Assembly: GCA_041690055.1 (NCBI GenBank)
Contig: JBDNFB010000227.1
Location: 2,974-66,973, forward strand
DNA: 64,000 nt
Direction: 5' to 3'
Source: Myxococcota bacterium
GTDB taxonomy: Bacteria; Myxococcota_A; UBA9160; UBA4427
The notes beneath the pieces are model-generated. The model was not told the DNA's origin, did no database searches, and saw only the letters and a list, made by a program, of their open reading frames with translations. Each line of letters opens with the position of its first letter. Positions within the stretch are counted from its first letter, which is position 1. Made by a program: the position numbers and the translations under genes. Below, piece by piece: positions 10,122 through 21,622 of the stretch.

Positions 10122-10847
10122 TTATTCGATCTTGAAGATGGCGCCCTCAGGCAGGTCGCCGGTCAGGACATCTGTCGCGCGGGTCACGTAATCCTCGTCG
10201 CGCGACTCTAGCGTCAGCATCACCCGGTAGTCTTCCTCGTTGATCCTCGGATAGGAACCTAACATCAGCTCGGGGAATGCCTTGAGCAGCGCGTTCAGCG
10301 TATCCGCGATATCGCTCTCGTTTTCGCGCACGTAGATTTTTCGGAGATGAAAGGGTACACCGGCGAAACGATCCCGAATCGAATGGAATTTCTTTTCGAA
10401 GAGTTCGGGGATCCCCGGAAAAATGTGCACGTTCTCCACAACGACGACGGGGAACCAAAGCCCACCCACGTCGATCACTTCCGCGCCCGCCGGGATCAAC
10501 GCCATCTTCTTCATGGCATCGTTCACGGGCTTGTCCGAGTAGCGCTCCATGCGATCGACCATCGACTCGTTCAACACGATCTCTCGATCAAACGCGGCGG
10601 CGATGCCGTCCATCGTCAGGTCGTCGTGCGTTGGACCTATGCCCCCCGAGGTGAACACGAAATCGTAGTCCTCGGACATCGACCGAGTTTCCGCAGCGAT
10701 CGTTTCGATGATGTCGGGGATGGTCAGGATACGTTCGAGATCGACGCCGAGCTTGCGCAGCTCGACAGCCAAGAAGGGCGAGTTTGTGTCCTGGACCTTG
10801 CCAGAAAGAATCTCATTTCCGATCACGAGAAGCGCCGCTGTCGACAT
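10122..10847 (-). CDS. CinA-like molybdopterin-binding domain protein (probable pyrophosphatase)
   Basis: LLVIGNEILSG...DTNS, TSGGIGPTHDDLT, FPGIP, GSYP. True start is ATG 10847; the upstream extension in the ORF track overlaps two real + strand genes. Confidence 0.9.
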   Translation of the reverse strand: MSTAALLVIGNEILSGKVQDTNSPFLAVELRKLGVDLERILTIPDIIETIAAETRSMSEDYDFVFTSGGIGPTHDDLTMDGIAAAFDREIVLNESMVDRMERYSDKPVNDAMKKMALIPAGAEVIDVGGLWFPVVVVENVHIFPGIPELFEKKFHSIRDRFAGVPFHLRKIYVRENESDIADTLNALLKAFPELMLGSYPRINEEDYRVMLTLESRDEDYVTRATDVLTGDLPEGAIFKIE

Positions 10848-11048
10848 GGAATAGAACTTAACCCAGCCGCGAGCCCGGCCAAGGGAGAGCGCATTTCGTT
10901 CGCTGATCAACCGCAAGGGCGATGAGGGCCCGGATCGCCGGCTAAGAGCGCGCCGCACATGCAGCCCGGACGCAAATGGCGTTTGGCCGGCGAAGAATAC
11001 CCCCACAGGAACGCATGATCTCAATACGCCGCCTAGACTCCACAGATC

Positions 11049-11342
11049 ATGCGATGCGAAATTCGTTTCTTGCCCTCGGACCGCTCGATCGAGATCGAAG
11101 CGGATGAGATGAGCCTGCTCCAGGCCACCTTGGCTGCGGGACTCCCGGTGGCCAGCGCATGCAGCGAAAACGGAGCCTGTGCGAGGTGCGGACTCGAGAT
11201 CGTCGAAGGCGCCGATGCGCTCGAGCCGGAATCCGAGCGTGAAACCCGGATCAAGGCGCGCAATCGCATCGACCCCGAACTCCGACTCGCCTGCCGGGTG
11301 CGCCCGAAAGGCAATGTCACCGTCCGCGCACAGTATTGGTGA
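11049..11342 (+). CDS. 2Fe-2S ferredoxin
   Basis: SACSENGACARC ... RLAC. Confidence 0.9.
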   Translation: MRCEIRFLPSDRSIEIEADEMSLLQATLAAGLPVASACSENGACARCGLEIVEGADALEPESERETRIKARNRIDPELRLACRVRPKGNVTVRAQYW

Positions 11343-11365
11343 GCACACTATTGGGGAGCACACTT
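11328..11365 (+). repeat. 15-bp tandem duplication of the ferredoxin 3' end
   Basis: gcacagtattggtga / gcacactattgggga / gcacact. Confidence 0.75.
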
Positions 11366-11786
11366 GATAGATAAGGAGAAATCGATCTTGAATGCGTCTC
11401 ATCGCAAAGCTCTGCTGATCGTGGACCACGGCACCCGGAGCGAGAGCGCCAATCAGCGCTTCGCCGAGTTCGCGGACGGCGTCGCCACCAAACGACCCGA
11501 CTGGATCGTGACCCATGCGCATATGGAGCTCTCCGAGCCGAGCTTCGAAGTAGGTATCGACCTGCTCGCCAAGCAAGGCGTCCAGGAAATCCTCGTCCAT
11601 CTGCATTTTCTGGGCCACGGCTATCACATCCGCGAAACGATCCCCGAGCTTCTTGAAGAGGCCCGTGCGCGGCATCCCCAGATTTGCATCGCGACGACGC
11701 AGCCCCTCGGCGACGATCCACGCCTCGTCGACATCGTGCTCGACCGCATGCAGGACCACGAACGACTCAACGAAAACGCCGGCTAG
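11364..11786 (+). CDS. Short sirohydrochlorin chelatase (CbiX-S/SirB family)
   Basis: LLIVDHGTR, AHMELSEPS, GYHIRETIP, PLGDDPRL. Confidence 0.85.
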   Translation: MIDKEKSILNASHRKALLIVDHGTRSESANQRFAEFADGVATKRPDWIVTHAHMELSEPSFEVGIDLLAKQGVQEILVHLHFLGHGYHIRETIPELLEEARARHPQICIATTQPLGDDPRLVDIVLDRMQDHERLNENAG

Positions 11787-12377
11787 CTACTTCCTACCTC
11801 TGACTGCCTCCAACTGCGTCCGCCCGCTCGAACGCCAGCGCTCAAACGCATAGAGCGCCGCGTGGACCAGCGCGTGATCAATCTCGCCGCGCGATAACGC
11901 CCCAGAGAGCTCCGTCAGCGGCAAGAGTTCGACGGCGGTCTCCTCTGTCGGTCCGTTTTGGATCTCGGTCACTTCCTTGCAGTCGAGCGCAACCTGCATG
12001 AAGACGCGGTTCGCGAAGAGCGCAGGGTTGGGATTCACAGACCCCAGGCTCACAAGCCGGCCCGCCGCATAGCCCGTCTCTTCAAGTAGCTCCCGCGCCC
12101 CCGCGGCCTCAGGCGACTCACCGGGATCAACGAGGCCACCCGGAATCTCAAGCGTCACCTCGCGCGAGCCTTGCCGAAACTGGCGGACCATGACGAGATC
12201 CTCGCTCTCGGTCAGCGCCACGACATTCACCCATTCCGGCGATTCGATGCGGTAGAAGGAATGTTCGGTTCCAGCGGTCGGTGACCGCATCGTCGCGCGA
12301 TGTACGTCGAAGACCTTGCAGTGTTGGAGATGTTCGTCGGCAACGACGCGCCACGGCTTCGGATCAGAGCGATTCAT
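11787..12377 (-). CDS. NUDIX hydrolase (ADP-ribose pyrophosphatase-like)
   Basis: Nudix box PGGLVDPGESPEAAGARELLEETGY. Confidence 0.9.
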   Translation of the reverse strand: MNRSDPKPWRVVADEHLQHCKVFDVHRATMRSPTAGTEHSFYRIESPEWVNVVALTESEDLVMVRQFRQGSREVTLEIPGGLVDPGESPEAAGARELLEETGYAAGRLVSLGSVNPNPALFANRVFMQVALDCKEVTEIQNGPTEETAVELLPLTELSGALSRGEIDHALVHAALYAFERWRSSGRTQLEAVRGRK

Positions 12378-12482
12378 GTCGCCAGCCTACCACGAACTTC
12401 CGAGTGGAATGCTACGCTGCCGCCCCACGCGAAGGCGAGCCCCCTGAATTCCGATTCGGCCGACAACACCGCTGCCAACAGC

Positions 12483-14576
12483 ATGCTTGAACGCCGAAAG
12501 GAGCTCTTTGAGCGCGGCGGCCATCTATTCATGGTCGTGGCCGCGATCTTTGTCGGCCTGGCCGGCGCGATGGGTGCCGTGGTCTTCCGGCTGATGATTC
12601 GCCTTGTTCAGGGCTTCGCTTTCGAAGGCACGGAGGGCGTCGCCGCGGTCTTCGCGGAAGGGCTCGCCGCCGAAACCCATGACCCTCTCGAGGTCGCACG
12701 CACCCTCTCCTGGTATTGGCGCATCGCGATCCCCGCCGCGGGCGGCCTGTTGGTCGGTCCCCTGATCTATTTCTTCGCCCGAGAAGCCCGGGGCCACGGC
12801 GTTCCCGAAGTCATGAAGGCCATCGCGATCCGCGGGGGCGTGATTCGCGCCCGCATCGTCGGCGTCAAAGCCATCGCCTCCGCGATCTCGATCGGCACAG
12901 GCGGCTCGGTCGGCCGAGAAGGTCCGATCATCCAAATCGGCTCGGCCTTCGGTTCCACCCTCGGACAATGGCTCCACCTGAACACCGCCGGCGTCCGCAC
13001 CCTCGTCGCCTGCGGCGCCGCGGCCGGCATCTCCGCCACTTTTAACGCGCCGATCGCGGGTGCGATTTTCGCTGCTGAAATCATCGTCGGCGACTTCGCC
13101 GTCATGCAATTCACCCCGATCGTGATCAGCTCCGTCGTCGCCTCGGTCGTGACGCGATACGCGGTCGGCAATCATCCCGCGTTCATCGTCCCCGAATACG
13201 AAATCGTCAGCCCCTTCGAACTCCTGCCCTACATGATCGCCGGCATCGTCGCGGGACTCGTCGCGGTCGCCTTCATTCGCACCCTCAGCCTTTCCGAAGA
13301 TCTCTTCGCCAGGACGCCGCTCCCCGAATGGTCCCGCGCCGCGGTCGGCGGAGCGATGGTCGGGGTCATCGCCCTCTGGCTGCCGAACGTATACGGCGTC
13401 GGCTACACGACAATCGGCGGCGCGCTCGACGGCAGCTTGCCCCTCGCGTTGATGGCGATCCTCGTCCTCGCAAAAATTCTCGCGACTTCGATCACGATCG
13501 GTTCGGGCGGATCCGGTGGCGTCTTTGCGCCTTCGCTCTTCCTCGGCGCGATGGCGGGCGGTGTCGTCGGCACCCTCGTCGTAGACTATTTTCCCGGCGC
13601 AACGGGCAGCTCGGGCGCCTATGCCCTAGTGACGATGGGCGCCGTTGTCGCCGCCGCGACCCACGCGCCGATCTCCGCCATCATCATCATCTTCGAACTC
13701 ACGCAAACCATCGACATCATCCCGGCACTGATGACCGCCTGCGTGATCAGTACGCTCGTCTCGCAAATCCTGTATCGCGATTCCATTTACACAACGAAGC
13801 TTCGCCGCCAGGGCATAGATATCCACGAAGCCCTCGACCCGAATGTGCTGAAGGGTCTCTTTGTACGGGACGTGATGGTGCGCGATCCCGATGTAATTCC
13901 AGCCTCCGCGAATTTCCGAACCGTGCTCGATCTTGTGGTCACGAGCCCGCATAGCCAATTCTACGTCGAGAGCCCGAATGGTGATTTAATGGGCGCGATT
14001 TCGCTCGCCGAGCTTCGACGACTCATCTACGACCAAGACACGCTTCAGCATGTCGTCGTGGCGGGGGATCTCGTAGACATGAGTCATCCCACGATCACCG
14101 ATGAAGCAGACCTTTCGATCGTCATGCAAATTTTCAGCACGAGCGAAGTCGATGAGATCGCCGTCGTCGACGCCGACGATCGAAAACGTTTGGTGGGAAC
14201 CGTTCGCGAGAAGGACGTGATCGAAGCAAGCAATCGCGAGCAGAATCGACGCGACCTCGCCGGCGGTTTCCATACGGGCCTCGGCGCTGCGGGCGCGGGG
14301 CAAACGGTCGAGTTAGGCGACGGCTATCAGCTGCGCGAGATCATGGCGCCGCCGCATGTCACGGGCCGCACGCTTCGCCAGCTCACGCTCCGCGAACGCG
14401 TGGGCGTACAGGTGCTCCTGGTTCGGTCGAAGCACGCCGAAGGCGGATCGCGGTTACGCGTACCCCACGGCGAGGATGTGCTGGTCGAAGGCGATACCGT
14501 GATTGTGGCGGGCACGCGGGATGCGCTGGACATGCTCGATGCGCTGAGCCCTCAGCCGCCGCCGGCCGAGGCCTAG
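12483..14576 (+). CDS. ClC chloride channel/antiporter with a CBS pair and a C-terminal TrkA-C domain
   Basis: GHGVPEV, GREGP, FNAPIAG, GGSGGVFAP, SIYT; two CBS repeats; RCK-C-like tail. Confidence 0.92.
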   Translation: MLERRKELFERGGHLFMVVAAIFVGLAGAMGAVVFRLMIRLVQGFAFEGTEGVAAVFAEGLAAETHDPLEVARTLSWYWRIAIPAAGGLLVGPLIYFFAREARGHGVPEVMKAIAIRGGVIRARIVGVKAIASAISIGTGGSVGREGPIIQIGSAFGSTLGQWLHLNTAGVRTLVACGAAAGISATFNAPIAGAIFAAEIIVGDFAVMQFTPIVISSVVASVVTRYAVGNHPAFIVPEYEIVSPFELLPYMIAGIVAGLVAVAFIRTLSLSEDLFARTPLPEWSRAAVGGAMVGVIALWLPNVYGVGYTTIGGALDGSLPLALMAILVLAKILATSITIGSGGSGGVFAPSLFLGAMAGGVVGTLVVDYFPGATGSSGAYALVTMGAVVAAATHAPISAIIIIFELTQTIDIIPALMTACVISTLVSQILYRDSIYTTKLRRQGIDIHEALDPNVLKGLFVRDVMVRDPDVIPASANFRTVLDLVVTSPHSQFYVESPNGDLMGAISLAELRRLIYDQDTLQHVVVAGDLVDMSHPTITDEADLSIVMQIFSTSEVDEIAVVDADDRKRLVGTVREKDVIEASNREQNRRDLAGGFHTGLGAAGAGQTVELGDGYQLREIMAPPHVTGRTLRQLTLRERVGVQVLLVRSKHAEGGSRLRVPHGEDVLVEGDTVIVAGTRDALDMLDALSPQPPPAEA

Positions 14577-14630
14577 ATCAGGCCTGATGCAGGTCTAGGA
14601 AGGTTAGGTCAGGCGTAATAAGACCTCATG
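14569..14630 (+). repeat. Degenerate 10-11-bp tandem repeat starting at the ClC 3' end
   Basis: aggcctagatc / aggcctgatgc / aggtctagga / aggttaggtc / aggcgtaata. Confidence 0.55.
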
Positions 14631-14647
14631 AAAGTCACAGCACAGTC

Positions 14648-15343
14648 TTAGCTGCGCTCGGAGAGCGTCAGCTCGACTCCGGTCGCGCCGGGCGAAAGCG
14701 GCTCTTGCGTGTCGCTTGAAATATCGCCCGCGCCTCGGGTCATCGCATTGCCATCGGCATCGAGTCGCGCCGAAAGCGAGATCGCACCTTCGAAGCGCAT
14801 GCTCGGAATCATCACGTCCTCAGGGCCGATGGTGAAATCGAGCGGAAAGCTCGGGTTGAGGATACGAAGCACCGCAAGCGGCGGTCCGCCGCGCGCGCCC
14901 TGCGGTCGAGCGATCACAAAGAGCACGCCGCCATCGGGTCGCGCGTTCGCCAAATCGCTGGCCAAGAGGATCTGACCCGAAATCGGAGCTGCCCCTGCGG
15001 AGGCGGCCGCGGTCGCCGAGCCCTCTGCGCGGCTCGGCGGAAGCGCCGTTCGCGCAGGCGTTCCGTCGGCGTTGCCACGCATGCCGGCGGCTCCGGGCGG
15101 CGGCGCGGCAGAGCCGGGCCCATTCGGCGCATCCGGAAAGATCCGCGCCAGATCCGGCGGACTCGGTGCCTCCCCCGGCTGGTAGGGCTCGATATTGCGG
15201 TCACATCCTGCGATGGCGACCAGCAGGAGGCCGGCCAGCGCCAGAGTCGAGAATCGCCCGGCGAACAGCACCTGGCGAGATCGCTTAAGCAAAGAGGGAC
15301 GATCCGGGCGAGTAGAAGGCGACAATTCCGTCATGCCTCGCAC
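14648..15343 (-). CDS. Lipoprotein with a CcmI/CycH C-terminal-like domain
   Basis: Lipobox IAGC; Pro/Ala-rich linker; LFVIAR...PPLAV...FP..FT.G..D.M...LSARLD..GNA. Confidence 0.7.
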   Translation of the reverse strand: MRGMTELSPSTRPDRPSLLKRSRQVLFAGRFSTLALAGLLLVAIAGCDRNIEPYQPGEAPSPPDLARIFPDAPNGPGSAAPPPGAAGMRGNADGTPARTALPPSRAEGSATAAASAGAAPISGQILLASDLANARPDGGVLFVIARPQGARGGPPLAVLRILNPSFPLDFTIGPEDVMIPSMRFEGAISLSARLDADGNAMTRGAGDISSDTQEPLSPGATGVELTLSERS

Positions 15344-15354
15344 CCTAGCGCGGC

Positions 15355-16314
15355 ATGACGCCTGAACCCATCAAGCCAATCCGCCGATCAGCCGCTGAAT
15401 GTGACGTGCGTACGAAATTCCGATTTTCAGACTGGCTCCCTACAGCGCTCGCGCTCCTCTGCGCCTCCGCGTCTTGCCCTGCCCTCGCCGCGCCGCCCGC
15501 GGCAAGTTCGGCGCGCGCGATATCGACATCGACGACTCCACAAGTTGCCGAAGTCGCTGACCTTTCCTGTCCGGCAGGGATGATTCTCGGGACCGGTACT
15601 GCGGACCGAGACCTTTTGTCCGAGGAGGCCTCGGTCGGTGTCCGTGCTTTCTGGTGCGAGCGCTACGACGCATTCGGCAACACCCAGCGACTCGGCCCCT
15701 ACCGCGAGGTCTACCCGAACGGCCAGATCCGACTCGAAGCGATGTATATGAAGGCGGGAAAAACGACGCGCCTCGAAGGACCGGTGGAGATTCGCAACGA
15801 AGATGGCAGCCGCTTTCTGCGGGGTTTTCTAAAGGCGGGCGAATGGGCCGGGGATCTCGTGATGTTCCACGAGACGGGACAGCCCTGGTTCGAGGGGAAA
15901 TTCGAGCAAGGCCGACTCGTTGGCCCGCTTCGCACGCATCATGCGGACGGCGCACTCGAATCGGAGACTCGGTATTCAAGCGGGCAGGAGCAGGGCCTCG
16001 CGCGAAGCTTCTTCGCCACCGCTGCAGGCGGACGCCTCAAGAGCGAAGTCCGCGTCGAGAGAGATAAAATCGTCGGGGCACATCGCCTGCTCGATCGCGA
16101 AGGCGGACCACGTCGCGAAATCGATCAAGCCGCCGGCCGCACGGACTGGCAGACGGTCGGCGTGCCACAACCTACTCCCGCCCCGGAAACGCCCAGTGAA
16201 GTGACCCAACCACGCGGCCTCGATGCAGTCTGGCCGATCGGAGAAGCGGTACCCGTGGGACCCGCGGCCGCTTCGTCCGCTGCGACGCCCGAGGAACTCG
16301 ACGCCTCCAATTGA
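15355..16314 (+). CDS. Exported MORN-variant repeat protein (YwqK-like)
   Basis: Signal-like segment, then repeated Y..NG / FHETG...G.F..G.L.G / HADG...Y..G...G units. Confidence 0.7.
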   Translation: MTPEPIKPIRRSAAECDVRTKFRFSDWLPTALALLCASASCPALAAPPAASSARAISTSTTPQVAEVADLSCPAGMILGTGTADRDLLSEEASVGVRAFWCERYDAFGNTQRLGPYREVYPNGQIRLEAMYMKAGKTTRLEGPVEIRNEDGSRFLRGFLKAGEWAGDLVMFHETGQPWFEGKFEQGRLVGPLRTHHADGALESETRYSSGQEQGLARSFFATAAGGRLKSEVRVERDKIVGAHRLLDREGGPRREIDQAAGRTDWQTVGVPQPTPAPETPSEVTQPRGLDAVWPIGEAVPVGPAAASSAATPEELDASN

Positions 16315-16365
16315 GCCCTGCTCGAAGCGTGATACGCTCGCAGGTCAACACTGCTTGTTTCTTTT

Positions 16366-16522
16366 AGCCTAGGGGTGGTCGCGCGCGGGAACGTGCTGCG
16401 ACCTGAGAGCAGACCCTTCGAACCTGATCTCGTCTCTTGTGTTGCGGCGGCTAGCCTCCCTGTCGGTCTAGGATTTAGGCTGCTGGCTTTCGCAAACTCC
16501 AAGGGCCGCGCGTAGGGAAGGC
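16366..16522 (+). promoter_or_regulatory. TPP riboswitch (variant with an elongated P5)
   Basis: P1 gcct/aggc, AGGGG, CTGAGA (16403), ACCCTTCGAACCTGAT (to 16428), GCGTAGGGAAG (16510-16520); directly upstream of thiC, with the SD inside the aptamer 3' strand. Confidence 0.85.
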
Positions 16523-16529
16523 CCATAGC

Positions 16530-18395
<1,866 letters not shown>

Positions 18396-18428
18396 CTGAG
18401 GGCGTAGGGGAAGGACAAGGCGAAGGGA

Positions 18429-18905
18429 TTGCGTTCACAACTCGTTTTGCGGTTGGCACTGTGGCTATCGCTCGGCAGCTGGGTGGGCTCGTGGGCCTTC
18501 TTCGCCTTCGTGGTCTCGCGGATTGCGTTCCGCGTGCTGCCCGGGGACGTGGCGGGAGATCTCGCCGGCTCCCTGCTCACGACGCTCCACTATTGGGGCG
18601 CCGCGGCCGGGCTCATCGCGGCCGGCGCAGCGATCGGACTGGGCCGGCGCGGAATGCCGGTGATTGCCCCCGTCGGGCTCGCCTTGATCTGCATGGTCAG
18701 CGAACTTTGGCTTTCGCCCGAGGTCGCCGCAGTTCGACCCAGCACGCTCGGCGTCCAGAGCTCCGCCGAAATGCAACAGCGTTTTGGGATGTTGCACCGG
18801 CTCTCCCTAGGCCTCTTTATGGCCGTCCACTTCGTCTCGATCATCTTGGTCTTCGTGCATGCCAGATTCGATGCCCGCGAAGCCGCGAGCCACACAGAGA
18901 GCTAG
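18429..18905 (+). CDS. DUF4149-like membrane protein
   Basis: Four hydrophobic helices; F...V...AF...AG, and FGMLHRLS near the C-terminus. Confidence 0.7.
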   Translation: MRSQLVLRLALWLSLGSWVGSWAFFAFVVSRIAFRVLPGDVAGDLAGSLLTTLHYWGAAAGLIAAGAAIGLGRRGMPVIAPVGLALICMVSELWLSPEVAAVRPSTLGVQSSAEMQQRFGMLHRLSLGLFMAVHFVSIILVFVHARFDAREAASHTES

Positions 18906-19237
18906 ACACCAGTCCCCGCGATAGCCCGTAACGTGCTGAAATTGCGGCAAAAATGGATAGCCCCGCCTCGTGGCTTGGTGTATCCTACCGCCGCATTCGA
19001 AAAACCACTGCAATTTCAATGACTTGCGGCTGTGGGCGCGTGGACGGGGAGGCCAAATACCTCATCTCGGAGTCGCACTTAACACGCGCAGGCTTTGTTT
19101 TAGCCCCAGAGGCGTGGTCCGTGGTGCGGTGGAACTGAAGGTCGAGACGAGAGTCGAGCGACCGAAGAGACAGGAACGATCTAGCCTGAACAGACTTGGT
19201 GCCGGCGGAAGAACGGCTGGTCTGAGGAAAGAGAACG

Positions 19238-19456
19238 ATGAGCGACATCAAGATCAAGCTTTCCCTCGAATTCAATATCACGGAGAGCGACCTCGAAGAC
19301 GGACTCGCCGAATACGATGAGCTGAGCGTCGATAGCCTGATTTCACAGATCCTCGACAAGTCGATCGCCATCGATGAAGTCGATTGCAAGGTCGTCGAAG
19401 GCCCCAATACCCTCGAAGAAGTGGACGCTCAGCGAGCCGCTACGAGCACGGGCTAG
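19238..19456 (+). CDS. Small, highly acidic hypothetical protein (72 aa)
   Basis: ATG downstream of GAGGA; host-like codon usage; MSDIKIKLSLEFNITESDLEDGLAEYDEL... Confidence 0.75.
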   Translation: MSDIKIKLSLEFNITESDLEDGLAEYDELSVDSLISQILDKSIAIDEVDCKVVEGPNTLEEVDAQRAATSTG

Positions 19457-19663
19457 TCGGGCTTTTTTATGCCTGGCCCGGTCCTGCCGGAAGCCAGAGC
19501 CAGAGAGCCGGACGCCCCCTCTGCCACGAAGGCTCTCGGCGAGTCCCTCAACAGAGGGCACCCTCCCCTATTTGTATTCAGTGCGGCCATGCTTCCCAGG
19601 GGAGGCAGAGGCAGGGCTCCCTTGCGCGGTCAGGGTGCGGATGTGGATTCGGGGCGAACCGGC

Positions 19664-20239
19664 TTAGCCGAAGAGTTCGAGCTGAGAGGACGAACGAGGC
19701 TCGGCCTTCTTTTTGCGACGCTCCTTGGGCGTACGCAGCGTGCCTCTGCCCGCCTCGAACACCGGCAGTAACCGCTGAACGGGTCCCTCTTTTGCCTTCT
19801 TCGGCTCTCTCGTCTTCTTCGGCTCTCTCGTCTTCTTCGGCTCTCTCGTCTTCTTCGGCTCCCGCGCCTTATGCCTCGCCTTGTTCGGCTTGGCCTGCTG
19901 GGCGACTTCCTTCAGCGGCTTTTCAGCGGAAGCCGGAGGCCCCGGCCGGTAGATACCCTCTTGCCGGCACCATTCCAGAATCTGAGCGTAATATGCGCGG
20001 AAGCGCAGACCGTGATTGAAATGCTTGAGATGAGCGAGTTCGTGGCAGAGCGTGCTCACTAGGCTCGAGTACTTGAGCGGCTTGCCTGTCGTCACGTGCC
20101 GAAGCCGAAGCCGAATGGTGCCGTCGGAAAAACACACGCCGTACCGACTCTTGACGTTGGCGCGCTCAGGCTCAAGAACTCGGTAGAGGAGCCCGAATCG
20201 CGAACAAATCCGCTGCGCATCCCGCTCAAGGTGCGCCAT
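19664..20239 (-). CDS. YgjP/WLM-like zinc metallopeptidase-domain protein with a basic repeat tail
   Basis: SRYGVC...IRLRLR, LCHELAHLKHFNH..RF (HExxH). Confidence 0.8.
   Translation of the reverse strand: MAHLERDAQRICSRFGLLYRVLEPERANVKSRYGVCFSDGTIRLRLRHVTTGKPLKYSSLVSTLCHELAHLKHFNHGLRFRAYYAQILEWCRQEGIYRPGPPASAEKPLKEVAQQAKPNKARHKAREPKKTREPKKTREPKKTREPKKAKEGPVQRLLPVFEAGRGTLRTPKERRKKKAEPRSSSQLELFG
19796..19862. repeat. 18-bp tandem repeat (3.5 copies) encoding REPKKT
   Basis: cttcttcggctctctcgt repeated. Confidence 0.9.
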
Positions 20240-20351
20240 CAGTTCGTTTTTGGTGCGGCGGTCCAGCCTCTGATTCCCCCCAAAGGCGAGAGTTTGATCA
20301 GCATCGCCGCCTCAGTCAACGCGGGTCGCTCCATGCGGCTAAAGTAACGCG

Positions 20352-21029
20352 ATGGACGACATAGAATCGCTCCCGCTTTTCCCGCTCTCGGACGTCGTGC
20401 TTCTGCCCGAGGTCTCGGTACCTCTCTATATCTTCGAACCGCGCTACCGACAGATGATCAAGGACGCGCTCGCCGGAACACACCAGGTCGGCATGGTCAC
20501 CATCCGACCGGACAGCGTCGAAGACATGGCGGGCGACCCTCGGATCTTCGATATCGGCTGCATCGGACGCATCGCTCACTGGCAGGAGCGACCCGACGGC
20601 ACTTTTCAGCTCCTGCTCCTGGGTGAGCAGCGATTTCGAATCAAACAAGAAGAGCCCCGCACCGGCGATCGCCTTTACCGCTCGGCCCAAGTCGAGGTTC
20701 TTGAAGATCGCCAGCCGCAGACGCCGGAAGACTTCGCCGCGTTGGCGAAAGGCCGAGAAGATTTGTTCACTGAGCTCGAACGACTCATCCGACGCTCCGT
20801 CGCGGAAGGCCAAGACCCCCAGGAAGTGCTGAGTCATTTCGAACAACTTGAACCGGCGCGACTCGTGAATGCCCTAACACAGGCGATTTCGTTTCGACCG
20901 ATCGAGAGACAACAGCTAATCCAAGCCGATTCGATCCTCAATCGGTTCGAAATCATGCACGATTTGTTGCGCTTTCAGCTCGCAGAAATCGGCGGCGCTC
21001 CAGCCGACTCAAAACCGCTCCCCAACTAA
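20352..21029 (+). CDS. Stand-alone LON peptidase substrate-binding domain protein
   Basis: LPLFPL..VVLLP...PLYIFEPRYRQM, IGCIGRI, G..RFRI. Confidence 0.9.
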   Translation: MDDIESLPLFPLSDVVLLPEVSVPLYIFEPRYRQMIKDALAGTHQVGMVTIRPDSVEDMAGDPRIFDIGCIGRIAHWQERPDGTFQLLLLGEQRFRIKQEEPRTGDRLYRSAQVEVLEDRQPQTPEDFAALAKGREDLFTELERLIRRSVAEGQDPQEVLSHFEQLEPARLVNALTQAISFRPIERQQLIQADSILNRFEIMHDLLRFQLAEIGGAPADSKPLPN

Positions 21030-21622
21030 AGAGCACTGGTTTTCATTCTCTGCAATTTCGCCCATTTTCGAGATAAATCGCGATATATCGAGATTGCTTG
21101 AGATCCGGGTTTCGAAAACGTCGGTTCATTTCAGCACACTCGGCATTCAAGCAGTTCTTCGCAAGATCACCGAAGCCCCTTGATTCCCTTTGGAATTCCA
21201 AAGACAAACGCCGGTTAAATCCCGCTAGAAGGCAGTTTCGGGGGGTTTATCAAAAGTGTCACTTGATCGTCACGATCAAGAACGCACTTCGTTGCCTTCC
21301 CGTTGCACAAGTGGTTAACTCGGCCGTGTTCGGGAAGCACCTATTTTGAACCCATCGAGATCCGGCTGAATCACTTGAAATCGCCCCAAATCGGTCGCGT
21401 ACATCCAAGTGTTGAGGCATCTCCACCCCGCTCCGCAATGCCCTCGATTGATCGAAAATATAGATATCTAAGTCGATATCGATCGAATCGATTGAGTGTG
21501 TTGGCTGAGCGGATGCTTGAAATGGGTCCTTTCCGAAGCGCTGAACTGAGTTCTTCGCCTGCGGGCAACCAGCTTTCGTTTATCGCTTCGATCAACTTCA
21601 TAGCTTTCGTGGTTTCTGTCGA
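21030..21622. promoter_or_regulatory. Long, relatively AT-rich non-coding region upstream of the dnaA-like gene, with palindromes and phased repeats
   Basis: 10-bp phased tcgagat-like repeats at 21068-21107; perfect palindrome ctttggaattccaaag at 21188-21203; tagatatcta at 21461 and tcgatatcga at 21473. Confidence 0.55.

Noticed and set aside
10848-11759. N-terminal 300 aa of the 545-aa ORF 10122..11759
   Set aside because: Antisense shadow of the ferredoxin and CbiX genes; the real protein starts at MSTAALL (10847)
21030-21622. Canonical oriC
   Set aside because: No TTATCCACA-type boxes found, and no dnaN/gyrB/rpmH context; kept only as an unexplained regulatory region
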